Assembly: GCA_012295275.1 (NCBI GenBank) | Contig: CM022679.1 | Coordinates: 29,450,001 to 29,514,000 of the forward strand | Direction: 5' to 3' | Length of the DNA stretch: 64,000 nucleotides | From: Chrysomallon squamiferum | Taxonomy: Eukaryota > Animalia > Mollusca | In this document: positions 13,576 through 28,088 of the stretch, piece by piece | Numbering within the stretch: the stretch's first letter is position 1 | How the letters are laid out: each line of letters begins with the position of its first letter | Notes under the pieces: generated by a model | The model's database searches: none | What the model was told of the DNA's origin: nothing | Seen by the model: the letters and a program-made list of their open reading frames with translations, nothing else | Made by a program: the position numbers and the translations under genes

Positions 13576-15620
13576 AATTTGTAATAATGATAATGATAAT
13601 AATTATAATAATAACAATAAGTTAATGATACATTAATAAACAACAAAAGTATCAGTAACAATAAATAAAAATAATTATTGTTACAAAATTTATCATGATG
13701 ATAGTGATGATCATAATGATGATAATGCAATGACAGTGATGATGATGATACTACTATTTTAACAACACATACAATAATAATAGTTGTAGTAGTAGTAGTA
13801 GTAGTAGTAATAATAATAATATTAATAATAATAATAATAATAATTAAAAGGAAGAAAGAACTACTTTATGTAATAAAATACTCTTTATATTTGTACACTG
13901 TCACAGTTATTGAGGACTGTTCACATGATGAGAAACCTGACACTGTAACTACTCTTTGACAACAAGCAGAAAGCAGTTTATCTATGCTCCTTCCTATAAA
14001 CAGCACATCAGTTATAGGGTACTGGCTGGAATGGGATTATAGACTAACATGACCACTAAAGAATTCTGATCCAACAACAACAGCAGCAGCAGCAGCAATA
14101 ATGGTTAAAGCAGAGTTTATCCTAAAGGCAGAGATGGGGAAGGTTTTATTGGAAATGTCAGACATATACATAACTGTTTTCCCCACAGATATACAGTAAT
14201 ATTTATTATTAAACTTCCATTAATAACTGAATACACTTTACCTTTCCAACAAACTTATTCACATCCAAACCATATATGATATTAAGAGTCCATAAAGGAT
14301 TCATTTTTGTCTCCTTTTTTTTTTTTATTTTAATTCTGTTTTTCTTAAAATCTGGGTTTATATAATCCACTGTAAACTGCTATCTACTTCATGCAAGTTT
14401 CACATATCCCACAGAAAACTGCAAGATACAGTCATAATGTCTTGACAGCAAGGTGTATTAAACACCTGAACAATGCGTCTGTGACACCTGTATGCTTAAC
14501 ACCTATGTATTCACGTATAAATCCATTGAAAAGAGAAAAGACAAAATATTTGTACGTAGATAAAACGAGAAAGGATTTCCTGTGAAGAACGTTTTAATGT
14601 TACTCTCACTCTGACAGTTATGTGTGTATTCAATGGGTATGATAATTTTCTTATCAATAGCTATCTGTCTCGTAACAATGTTATCTACCTATGTTGACAT
14701 TGCCTCTATATGTGTGTGTGTGTACATAGGTAAAATGTTTATTATGTGTGTGTGTGTGTGGGTGTGTGTGGGGTGGGTGTGTGTCTGTGTGTGTGTGTGT
14801 GTGGGTGTGGGTGTGTGCAGGTCGGTGGGGTGGGTGTATGTGTCTCTCTCTTTGCAGATATGTGAGGGTGGGGTGTTTTTCTGATTGTGTGTGTGTTGGT
14901 GTGTCTGTGTATGTATGTGTTTATGTATGAATGTCTGTGTGTGTGTCTGTGTTTGTGTGTGAAGTTAGTATGTTCAGCAGGTAGACAGGTATGTATAGTT
15001 GCATGTACATGTGAATGTATGTAGGTAGATAGATATGCGTATGTCTGCATGTATGTATGTATGTATGCACACTTGTATTTGTATCTGTCTGCATATAAGC
15101 ATGCTTGTATGAATGCATTTATTTGTATGAATGAATATTTACATGTATATCTGCCTGCATATTTACAAATATTACATGAATGGTCATGTATGTATATAAA
15201 TGTTTATAAGCAATCAGATTAACAGTAAGCGCTGTGTATACCTGCTTGCACCTGTTTGCCTAGGATTGTGTAAACAGAGAGATTATGTTTTGACAGGTAA
15301 TAAAAACAAGCTTTAAGTAGGTAGTAACCTCACCTGTGACAGATAAAAAACAATTTGTTTTGTTTTGTTTACTTTTAATCTGTACAGCATTTAGCTGCAG
15401 GTGAGTTGAAAATGTGCAGGTATCGTGCTGTTCTTACCTGAAAGTGATTAACACAGGTAACAGCTTGGTCGTGAGAGACGGGTTTATAATCATAAAAATA
15501 ATAATAATAATGTTAGGCATAGTAGCAGCAGTAGTAGTAGTAGTAGTAGTAATAATAATAATAATAGTGGTAGTATTGTAGTACTACTACTACTACTACT
15601 ACTAATTTTTTTTTTTTTTT

Positions 15621-15808
15621 CTCATAGTATGAAAAGTCTGTGTTAAGATATTGTAACAGTTTATTTAAAGTTGTGTTAAAACAAGAAATTCCCTCAGGCT
15701 GTCTGATAGAATTATCTTTTATTTCTGTTTTTCCAAGTTTCAGTTTCACATTCCACAAAATTTTATCTCAAATGTTCCAATTTGTTCTGCTGGCTTACAG
15801 AAATTATG
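15621..15808 (-). repeat. Inverted repeat arm 2 (BicC intron 4)
   Basis: Reverse complement of 9001-9188. Confidence 0.92.
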
Positions 15809-16636
15809 CCCTACTTTTAAAATTAATTATTTTTTTTTTTTTTTTTTTTTTTTTTCAGGAGGCAGAATTTTGTAAAAGAATTTCTTTTTCTTTTGAAATT
15901 ATTTATACATTTCTTCTTTCCTTTTTTTTTTTTTCCTATTTCTTTCTTCTTCATTATATATGCAGCAGTAATATATCAGAAAAAAATAAAACAACCAAAA
16001 AACCCCAAAACAGTAGTACTAGTTGTTGTTATAGGTGTATTATGGGTGGCAACAGTAGAAATAAATAGTAGTAATAGTAGAAGCAGTAGTAGTAATAGTA
16101 GAAGCAATAGTAGTAATAGTAGAAGCAGTAGTAGTAATAGTAGAAGCAATAGTATTTAGTATAAATACTTGTTGCTACTCTTGTAATTACAACAGTAGTG
16201 GTAGCAGTTACAGTTACAGTAGCAGTAGTAGTAGTAGTAATAATGGTGTTGTTCTTGTTCTTTTGTTGTTGCAGTAGTAGTTATGGTGGTGGTAGCAGCA
16301 GTTACTGCATTATGTAGATGTAGTAGTAGCACATGCAGTTGTAATAATACAAGCAAAATTAACCAGTAACACAAACAGCCTGTGATATCAAAACATATTA
16401 AACCATGAAGTGAAGACAGAGCTGCACAGCCTAATTCCGTGACTGAGAATTCAAGCTGAAGTGACCTGACCTGCAGCGATACAACACAATCCATTTAGAA
16501 AACAAACAAAACATTCCTTGCACCACCGACGTACAGAAAGAAGTGCATGACACTTTTCTGACATGCATGCAAGCCATTGTGCACACAGCAGAGTAACCAG
16601 TGGTGCAATACAAAGTTTGAAAAGATTCAGTAATCT

Positions 16637-17201
16637 GTTCTGATCTATACTGACCTATGATATACTGACCTATTCTGATATATAGACCTATAGCTATATT
16701 GACCTATAATATACTGACCTGTAGCTATATTGACCTATAGTATACTGACATGTAGCTATACTGACCTATGATATACTGACCTATTCTGATCTACATTAAC
16801 CTATGATATACTGACCTAGTCTGATCTATACTGACCTAGTCTGATCTATACTGACCTGTAGCTACAGTATACTGACCTACAACTATACTGACCTGTGATA
16901 TACTGACCTATTCTGATCTATTAACCTGATATACTGACCTATCTGATCTATATTCACCTGTAGCTGGTATACTGACCTATAGCTATATTATGATATACTG
17001 ACCTATTCTGATCTACATTAACCTATGATATACTGACCTAGTCTGATCTATACTGACCTGTAGCTACAGTATACTGACCTACAGCTATACTGACCTATGA
17101 TATACTGACCTATTCTGATCTACATTAACCTATGATATACTGACCTAGTCTGATCTATACTGACCTGTAGCTACAGTATACTGACCTACAGCTATACTGA
17201 C
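16637..17201. repeat. TATACTGACCT-core minisatellite with higher-order repeats
   Basis: Many variable ~18-21-bp units built on (A)TACTGACCT; the last ~100-bp blocks repeat nearly exactly. Confidence 0.88.
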
Positions 17202-17883
17202 TTTTAGCAGTACATGGGACATTTCATATACAGCAAAGAATAAATAATGAAATGATTATAGTACAGTGCTCGAAAAAGTTCAATAATCCATTTCAGTCTG
17301 TACTGACATATAACATACTGATCTATAGAAGTACATTACACTTCTAATAAGTATGTGAGCAATTTTGTAAAGGATAAAAATGACCCAAAATAAGATGATA
17401 TATATATATATATATATATACAAAATTAGAAAACGTTCTGGCATCGACCTGTAACATTCTGACCTTCAGAAGATCACTACACTTCTAATTAACATAAGTA
17501 AGCTACTTTGTACACAGTGACACAGTAAACTGACCCATAATGAACTGATCTGATATGGAACTGTGAAAAAAGTTCAATAACCCATTCTAGTGTGTACTGA
17601 CCTGTATCATACTGACATACAGATGATATCGTTACGTTTCTAATTAACCCACGCAAGCTGTCTGATATGAAGTGACAAGACCCAGCAGTCAAAAACTCGT
17701 TAATACATTTAATATCTCTTCTAAAAGTTTGCAGATGTCTAGAAAGTGCATCAAACTCCCAACTTATTTACACACACACACACGCAGACTTCTAATGTGA
17801 AGTGAAGTAAACCAAAACTGAAACTGTGCAAGCAACTCCCCAGTAACTTTCTCAAAGTGTAAACACATATACAGAGAACTCAC

Positions 17884-18317
17884 CACATTTCTGATATATT
17901 TAAAACACGTCACATTTCTGATATAGTTAAAACACGTCACATTTCTGATATGTTTAAAACACATCACATTTCTGATATAGTTAAAACACATCACATTTCT
18001 GATATATTTAAAACACATTTTCTGAAAAACTCATTTCATATATTTAAAACATTTTCTGATATATTTAAAACACGTCACATTTCTGATATGTTTAAAACAC
18101 GTCACATTTCTGATATATTTAAAACACGTCACATTTCTGATATATTTAAAACACGTCACATTTCTGATATGTTTAAAACACGTCACATTTCTGATATTTC
18201 TAAAACACGTCACATTTCTGATATATTTAAAACACATCACATTTCTGATATTTCTAAAACACGTCACATTTCTGATATGTTTAAAACACATCACATTTCT
18301 GATATATTTAAAACACA
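17884..18317. repeat. 27-bp minisatellite, ~15 copies
   Basis: Unit CACATTTCTGATATATTTAAAACACGT, with one disrupted stretch near 18020-18055. Confidence 0.93.
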
Positions 18318-19468
18318 TGCCATTACATATAACCTATTTAATACGAAGTGAAATGAAGCATCCTGAAATTGTGCAACCAAATGCTCAATAACCATTCAAC
18401 ATGTGATTTGACCTTTCAACTATATCTCTGATATACCTTTACTTTCCTACAGACAGTACATTATATTAGTGATATACCTGTACTGACCTGTTGAAAGTAC
18501 ATTACATTTCAGAAATACCAGTATTTACCCACAAACAACATAGTACATTCCTGAATTCCTATCAGCTATTCAATATGAAGTGAAATGACCTACTGTGAGA
18601 AACTGTAGTCAAAAGCTCAGTGACATTTCTGAAATATATTGACACAAAGAAGTGCATTGTATGGTACCTAAAGTAACATGATCTTTGATGTTATTGGGAT
18701 CTGAAGTTCAAATAATGCTAAGTGAAGTGGAAGGACAATGTTAAGTGTTTGTGAAGCTGGGTAAAGTGCTTCATGACCTGAAGTGAGATAGTGAAGTATA
18801 GTGAAGTGGCAGCTATTTAAACTGAAGTGTTTTCTATCCATTATGGCATGATTTGTAAAGCAAATAAAATAAAACAAATCAAAAAAAAAAAATTACAAGT
18901 AAAAAAAAATATAATATGTATTGTATAATGATAATGACAAAATATTAGTAATAGTAGTAATCAGATTAATAACCATGACTACATAGGTGCAAATCCTCTT
19001 AAGGATTAAACTGCAACGAATCTAAGGAACTGGAACAGTGTTATACACATCTGATGGTCAACAATGTATAACAATTTAAGACTGCAGTAATAATACACAG
19101 TAACAGAAATATTTTAATACACAGTTTGAAATGTACATTGTGTAACAATTTGAGTGACAGCTTAATACAAAGAAACACAAATATGCATAGCGCGTTTAAG
19201 AGAGAAATAATACAAAGCTGAAATGTATGTCAAGTTTAAGATAGATTAGATTGTCTGGTGACATAATATGAAATAGTTTTTAACAGACAAGGAAATATAA
19301 TTCATTGTTGTGTTTTGTATATCCATATTAACTCATGGTGAAACTAACATTTGAGTCATTCTAATACATATATGAAAAGTACATAAGTACATAATACACT
19401 GATTTAAAAAAGAAATTTTAATAGGTACTGATAAGTAATGTTTATGTGTATGTGTGTATGTAAGTATA

Positions 19469-19512
<44 letters not shown>

Positions 19513-20087
19513 TGTGAGACAGAGTTTTTTATTATTATTATTATTATTATGATGATGATTTAATTACAGTGAAACAATATTAAGTATTAGTCATTAGTGA
19601 AATTTTCGACTTTAAATATGATCACACACACACACACACACACACAAACGCACTCACACACACATAAAATCATTTTGGTGAATAAATTAAACTTTCATTT
19701 AGTGTCAGGCTTTGCCCAGTGGAGACAGGTAAACCTGACTGCGTTGGATGTAATTAGTAATTGAGTTTTCATGTAAACATCCTGCCTGTCGTCACTCATC
19801 ACCTGAGTACCTGTAATATTCCCTCTCTTTGAAATCAATACACAGGTGAAAAGAAGCCAGTTAACTGGACTATGAAATCACTTGCAAATAAAATAAATTA
19901 ATTTTCTTCAACATTTATATGCAAACATACATATGTATGTATATACATCCATCCATATGTACATACATCTCACATACAAATGTACACATATGCATACAGA
20001 CCACAGACACACACACATATTAAGAACATACATACAAAATGCCCAAACTCCCATGTTTCCATTAGGATGGCTTTTTTATAATTTTTG

Positions 20088-20152
<65 letters not shown>

Positions 20153-20433
20153 TATTTTTTTTAAATCTTGTGTAAAATGTAATTTGTCAAAACAGCCAAC
20201 AATAAATGTTTTGTTTTTGTAATAAGCTTTTAATTATGTTTCAAAGAACAATTTAAATTTTAGCAATAGCCATACTTTAACATAAACAGTTTAAAGATAT
20301 CATGTTACTAGAAAGAAAATAAAAACGTGTTTGTCTTAATGCTGAAAACCAGGAACAGATTACTGAGTTTTAAAATATTTACACAGATTAGTTTTCTCAT
20401 CTTCAAGAGAGAGAAAATTCCGACATTTTTTTT

Positions 20434-20509
<76 letters not shown>

Positions 20510-20581
20510 AAATATATATATTTAAAACATTTATCTTATTTCTTTTTTGGTGGGGACAGTGTTTATGTGTGTGTTTGTTGA

Positions 20582-20618
<37 letters not shown>

Positions 20619-20673
20619 CATTTTTTTTTTTTTAAATTTATAGGATTCTTGGTTTTATTTTTTTACTACCTAT

Positions 20674-20760
<87 letters not shown>

Positions 20761-21398
20761 CTGGAACAACTAAGAACTAAAAGCAAAAGCAGCTGATAAA
20801 AGTAATTTAAGATTTGAAATTTTGTTTTTTCTTTCTCTGAGTCAGTCATCAAAACTTGTTCTGTGTTTACTCAGACAACACACTGACTTTTTTCTCTACT
20901 GGTTTTCTTTTTTTATCTTTTTTTTTTATTATTTTTTTTATTTATGTGTATGCAAGAGTGTTTTTGGTGCAAGCTAAAAACTGCAGTATAATGTAATCTG
21001 TGATATTCTTGAACAGAAACACAACATTTTTACACTTTAAATGTATGTTCACAATTACAGATAACAATATTTGCTTTAAAATAATAATAACAGCAATAAC
21101 AACTACACCACATCCAACAATAATAATAATAATAATAATAATAGAAGAAGAAGAAAGAAAAGATGCTGATATTGTTAAAATGATAAATAAGAATGATAAG
21201 TCTGTAAACATGAGTTGAAATAAAACAGAAAAAAGAATATTGCTCAGAATTTTGTAATCACTTGTTTCTTGTATGACAGTGCAGTGATAAAAGAAACATA
21301 TAACTGACATGTTGACTGCTCATGACAATAAACAGCAAGGACTCTTTTATAGCAGAAAAGGTCATGACACTGCCATTGATTAATTACTGTAGTAGGGG

Positions 21399-21852
<454 letters not shown>

Positions 21853-21964
21853 TGAATAGTTTAGAGAGAGAGAAAAACTGTGTTTAATTTTGTGAGGTTA
21901 TCTAGATTGATGTAGATAATGTAACACAATGTTTTATATTTGTTAATGCTCAGTTTGTAATGTG

Positions 21965-22310
21965 TAACAAAATATTTTACTACCACTTTGTTAAACAGTG
22001 TGTGTGTGTGTGTGTGTGTGGGTGTATGTGTGTGTGTGTGGGAGGTTGATAATGATAGTGTTGCTATCAGTTTCTCTGTGTACATAACATATTACAAAAT
22101 GTTTTACTACTACTTTGTTAAACAATGTATTAAAATCTATGTGTGTGTGTGTGGGGGGGGTTGATAATGATAGTGTTGCTATCAGTTTCTCTGTGTACAC
22201 AACATATTACAAAATGTTTTACTACTACTTTGTTAATATATTAATGTCTATGGCTAACGATCGTGTTGTTATCAGTTTGTGTACACAGTGTATTACAAAA
22301 CTAGTTTGTT
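21965..22310. repeat. ~115-bp direct repeat, 2-3 copies
   Basis: gttgataatgatagtgttgctatcagtttctctgtgtac...caaaatgttttactactactttgttaa repeated. Confidence 0.8.
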
Positions 22311-22587
22311 AAGGTATTAATGTCTGTGCTACAGATAGCATTGTATGATACATCATAATGCCAGATACCGTATCTCTCACCTTAAGATAAGACTAATGAA
22401 CTAAAATGATGTATTTCAGCAGAATGAGAAAAATGAACCAAGTAAAAGATGTGTGAGATTGGAGAACTGATAAACTGAGTAAAACACACAGTTTTCAGCT
22501 AATTGTGTGCTACAGAGCAAAATCTGCTCCTACCACTTGGTGCATCTGAAGTATTATATTACACAACAGCAAACAACTAAATAATGG

Positions 22588-22620
<33 letters not shown>

Positions 22621-22915
22621 TAAATAATGATATTATCATTTAAAAAATAATTATTACACATATGCAGTATATATATTATAAAATGATAAAACTTAAATAA
22701 ATAAATAAATATTATTTATTGATTCTGTTTGGCAGATGGAATCAATGATAGTCATACTGCTAATACAGAACTTCAATTTTTATTTTCACAGCCTTATTTG
22801 CTAGCCTTTTAGTTACAACAACCTGTAGTTCAATGATCTGCACATATTCATGGGTATGTGTACATTTATTATGTATGAATGTATTTGTGTCTGTTTATAC
22901 AAATATAAAACTGAC

Positions 22916-22995
22916 CTTTGTGTCTAGGACTGTCATGATTTTCTCTTTTGCCAGTGAAACATCTTCAGGATAGCCAACCAGTTTGATGTGAGGAT
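22916..22995 (-). CDS. BicC: Bicaudal-C homolog, exon 4 (KH1)
   Basis: tttcag| ... |gtcagt; 80 bp, phase 1->0. Encodes DPHIKLVGYPEDVSLAKEKIMTVLDTK. Confidence 0.94.
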
Positions 22996-23417
22996 CTGAA
23001 AAAAACAACACATTCTTTCTTCAGTGAATCATTAACAGATATATATATCTTATATAAACAAACAAATCAATAATAATAACAATTTAAAAAAAACTATAAG
23101 TAAACAATAAACGTCTAAAATTAAATAAATAATTTTTGCAAAAAAATAGAAAAGGAATTGTTCAGCATTGGCAACACAATTCAGATCCAGAATGGAACAT
23201 CAGGTTGGTGTAAGTATTAGGATATGATAATTTATGATTTACTGTCAAGTACAGTCAGTGTTTATATCTGTTTTTTACTGAACCTGTGATTAATTTATCT
23301 TATGTTGACATTGTATTATTATCTGAAGATTTAAGATAGCATATAAATTAAAAAATATATATATAACTCTCGAATGTGTTTGATTATGTTCCCTAAATTA
23401 CCTTAACTGCCCATTTA

Positions 23418-23452
<35 letters not shown>

Positions 23453-23897
23453 TATATGTATATATGTATGCTTATATATGTACGTATGTATGTATGCGTG
23501 TATGTTTCTTTGTGTGTGTGTGAGTGTGTGTGTGTTTACTGATATATTTTTTAAAATGGTGGGATATTAAATAACCTGAGATATGACTTCTGTTAAGATG
23601 TAATTCCCACTGCTGTAAGTGTAAATATTTGTACAACATGGTGATACAGTGTTAACGAGTACAAATTTGTTTTAAATGTGATACACAGTGGAGAAATGTA
23701 ATACACTGTAAACACAGTGACAACACTGATAGCAGGGGAAAAAATAAAATAAACAACGTGACAGTCACATTTTGATTTGCAGCACAATTTATATAACTTT
23801 AAAAGTTCTGATAGCTTTTTTTCTAGCAAACAGATTTCAGTGTAACGTATACTGGTTGAGAAAAAAATTAGAATTTAAGATAAAACAGAGATAGGCA

Positions 23898-23991
<94 letters not shown>

Positions 23992-24376
23992 AACTGCTTT
24001 GAAAAAACAACAGAGTAATAATCAGTCAAGTCAGGAAAAAATAGAAATGAGAATTAAAATTATCAAAAACTTTATCATTAATTACAGGGAATACGACTAA
24101 ATATTAGACCGAACGAGATGACACAATTAATTTACTCTTGTAGTTTACAATGATAAACAGTTTAATAATGCATATCCGCTCTTTACTTAACATATCCACT
24201 GATAATCTTTTAAGAAATGTTACTAATATAAATAGTATTTCTCTTTTCTCTGACTGCTAACATATCTACTAACAAGCTGTCTAGAGATTGTTATGATACT
24301 GCTGTCTGTCTAAAGTGTATCTGGTAATGAGTAATGAGATGATGATAACCTGACAAGAACAAGGTGATGGGAAAGT

Positions 24377-24812
24377 CAGTGACCAGACAGTGTGATGCAG
24401 TGTGTAACAGTGTGATGCAGTGTGTAACAGTGTGGTACAGTGACCAGACAGTGTGATACAGTGTGTAACAGTGTGATGCAGTGTGTAACAGTGTGATGCA
24501 GTGTGTAACAGTGTGGTACATGTGTAACAGTGTGATGCAGTGTGTAACAGTGTGATGCAGTGTGTAACAGTGTGGTACATGTGTAACAGTGTGATGCAGT
24601 GTGTAACAGTGTGATACAGTGTGTAACAGTGTGATGCAGTGTGTAACAGTGTGATACATGTGTAACAGTGTGATGCAGTGTGTAACAGTGTGATACAGTG
24701 TGTAACAGTGTGATACAGTGTGTAACAGTGTGGTACATGTGTAACAGTGTGATGCAGTGTGTAACAGTGTGATGCAGTGTGTAACAGTGTGATGCAGTGT
24801 GTAACAGTGTGA
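24377..24812. repeat. ~20-bp minisatellite, ~21 copies
   Basis: Unit CAGTGTGATGCAGTGTGTAA with 18-bp variants. Confidence 0.93.
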
Positions 24813-25359
24813 CACACACACACACACACACATTTACGCACTTATATCATAGAGAACAGAGAGTAAGCAAGCCAAAGAGACATGAAGGAAAAAAGCAAAT
24901 GGCAATAACAGATATAATGTACATATAAAAAATCTTTATTGTGTCAATAAACATACACAACAGACAACAAATAACCAAACCAGTAAACCAAGATAAACAC
25001 AAAAACGTCTATTTTCATATATAGCCTACAAGATCAAAGGGCTGTATACACCTGTATACACCTGAAAGGTAGATTTAATGAGTGGAGGATCCAGAAGAAG
25101 AAACTGCTATTGTTTGTACCTGATAAGAAGTTATAAACATGTTACCAACAGATATATATATATTTTTTTCCTTTGTCATTTATTTTTATTAAAGGAGCAC
25201 CAATGCGAATTGATCTAATGACCTTCCAGTCTTCAGGGAATTGCTAAGGATTATTAGCCATGAAGTAGTCATTCTATAAACATGTAGACAGGAAATACTA
25301 ATGTCAAAACAGTGAACGAGAGAGAGAGAAAGAATGAGAGAGAGAAAGAGAAAGAGAGT

Positions 25360-25426
<67 letters not shown>

Positions 25427-26726
25427 TCTTCAGTTTATTAGTTAATTACAGGTGTTTTACAATATATAATTCTAAAACTCAAGATTTGAAAAATATTAAA
25501 AGACATAAATAAATGTTTTATGTTTCAACATACCTACAATGTAAACACATTTATCTGTGTAGTGTATGTATATATATATAAAACACTGTATTTAGTTTCT
25601 ACATTTATTAATAAAACACCAGTAACTGTAAAATTAACAAACTGTATATAAAAAAAAAAAAAAAAAAAAAAAAACACACAAAAAAACCCAATCAGCCAAA
25701 AACTATTGCATTTTTATCTTTGTTTTTTGCCTGCTACATAAATAAAACAAACACAATCATAACATTATCTTGCACATGTTCAGAAACACACACAATGATT
25801 ATGTCTAAAATACATTTCCTTGTTCCACTGATAATTCTAAATATATCTCTGAGTTATCAGGTAAAAGGCACCATCAGAGAAAAAGTACTGGAAACCATCG
25901 CCTGATATTCCTTTTGTTGTGCTAATTGGGTTACTGGGTCATTGCAAAAAAAAAAAAAAAAAAAACATTTGTGAGACAAAGATGATGCAAATAAGAAAAA
26001 ATAATTGTTAATAACTGAATGCTAAAAAATGTTAAATTTAAAAGATAAATAAATAAATAAAATAATTAAATAAAATAAAATACATAAATAAATAAAATAA
26101 AATAAAATAAAATAAAGTAAAATAAAAAAAATGTAACAAAATAAAATAAAATACATAAATAAATAAAATAAAATAAAATAAAATAAAGTAAAATAAATAA
26201 AATGTAACAAAATAAAATAAAATACATAAATAAAATAAAATAAAATATAATAAATAAAATAAAATAAAATACATAAATAAATAAATAGTGGGTTGGAACT
26301 AATGTTCACAGCATTTGTCAACAGGTGGCGTTTGAGCGTGTGATTTCATTTCACACATGAGTGAAATATGACGTATTTACAAACAGCGAAAAATGAACAA
26401 AATGGCACATATTATGTGCTTGAATTAATCTTCAACCATACAAATATGTAAATAATTGTTGCCTTTTAATTTAACTTGAAATACTCTGTGAACTTTTCTG
26501 TCACCCAGAAAATAAGAAACACACACAAAAAAAAAAAAAAAATAAAAAAAAAAGGATCAGAAATCAGGTAAGGTGAACATTAAAAAAAATAAATAAATAA
26601 AATAAATAAAATTTTGAAAAAATATATATTAAATTTTACGAAATTAAGTAATAATGATGATAAAATTTTTTTACAAAATGAAAAAATAAATAATTAAATA
26701 AATAAAAGTGTAATGGAACCTAGTTT

Positions 26727-26836
<110 letters not shown>

Positions 26837-28057
26837 AAGAATAAAGTTTCAATAATTAAATTAAAGGTTAGAAAAAGAAAACTAATGAAGATTAAAGCTG
26901 ACACTGTTTATCTAATGGTAATTCAATTATCAAAAACATGAGTAAAAAAAAAACAAAATAAATAAATAAATAAATATATAACAAAACAAACCAAAACAAA
27001 ATAAAAAATTATCAAACAACTAAAATCAACCAAACATGTAACCAAAATAAAAAACATTTAAACAAATAACTAAATAAATAAACAAACAAACAAAAAACAC
27101 AAAAACACACAAACCAAACCAAAACAAAACAAACAAAAACATTTTTTTTTCTCTCATGAACAAAATCCCACCACCACCACCACCACTGCTACTGCTAAGA
27201 AAATGATCTGATTTCTTTCTGTATCTGTGTCTAGCTGAGTGAGCCAGCCACCAGTTGATACTCACAAAGACTCACACACCCGCTCACCATGATGGGAAAC
27301 ACATGGTGCCCTACCCACCTCTTGTTTTATCAGCGGAGGGAAGAACATCCCCCCCCAGTGATAATTAGCAGCAGAATGAAGAAGGAAGTAAATCTCATGG
27401 GGAGCAATTAATAGAGGGGGGGGGGACTGTTTTCCCACCAGACTGGAGTTCTATTACAACAGAGATAACGGAGCAAGTTTTACCAGACAATGATATAACT
27501 TTATAGATACCTGTGACAGACTGGAAGGAAGAAAGGAAGGAAGGAAGGAAGAATGAATTAATGAATGAAAGAATAAAAGACTAAACAATTACATAGCTTT
27601 ATAGATATGAGTGACAGAGAGGAAGGAAGGAAGGAAGGAAGGAGGGAAGGAAGAAAGAATGAAAGAATAAAAGAAAGATAAAAGCAGACCAAAACAATTA
27701 CATGACTTTATGCATGAGTGACAGAGTGGAAGGAAGGAAGGAAGGAAGACAACAGAAAGACAGACAGAAAGAAAGAAAAAACAACGAATGAATAAGACTG
27801 TTAATTTTTAATAATTTCAACTGAAGATGTGCTTGAAAAAAAAAGTAAGAAAGTAAAGAAAGAAAGAAAGAAAGAAAGAAAAAAAGAAAGGAAAAAAGGA
27901 AGAAACAAGTTAATGATAAAATAACTGATTGATAGCTTGAAAGAAACAATGAATAGCATCATCACAATGGTCACAAGTTGTTTTATTGATTCTGTTACTC
28001 AGAAAATCCAGTGTTTCAGACTTAACACACACATTTTACTTGAAAGAAAACAAAAAG

Positions 28058-28088
<31 letters not shown>

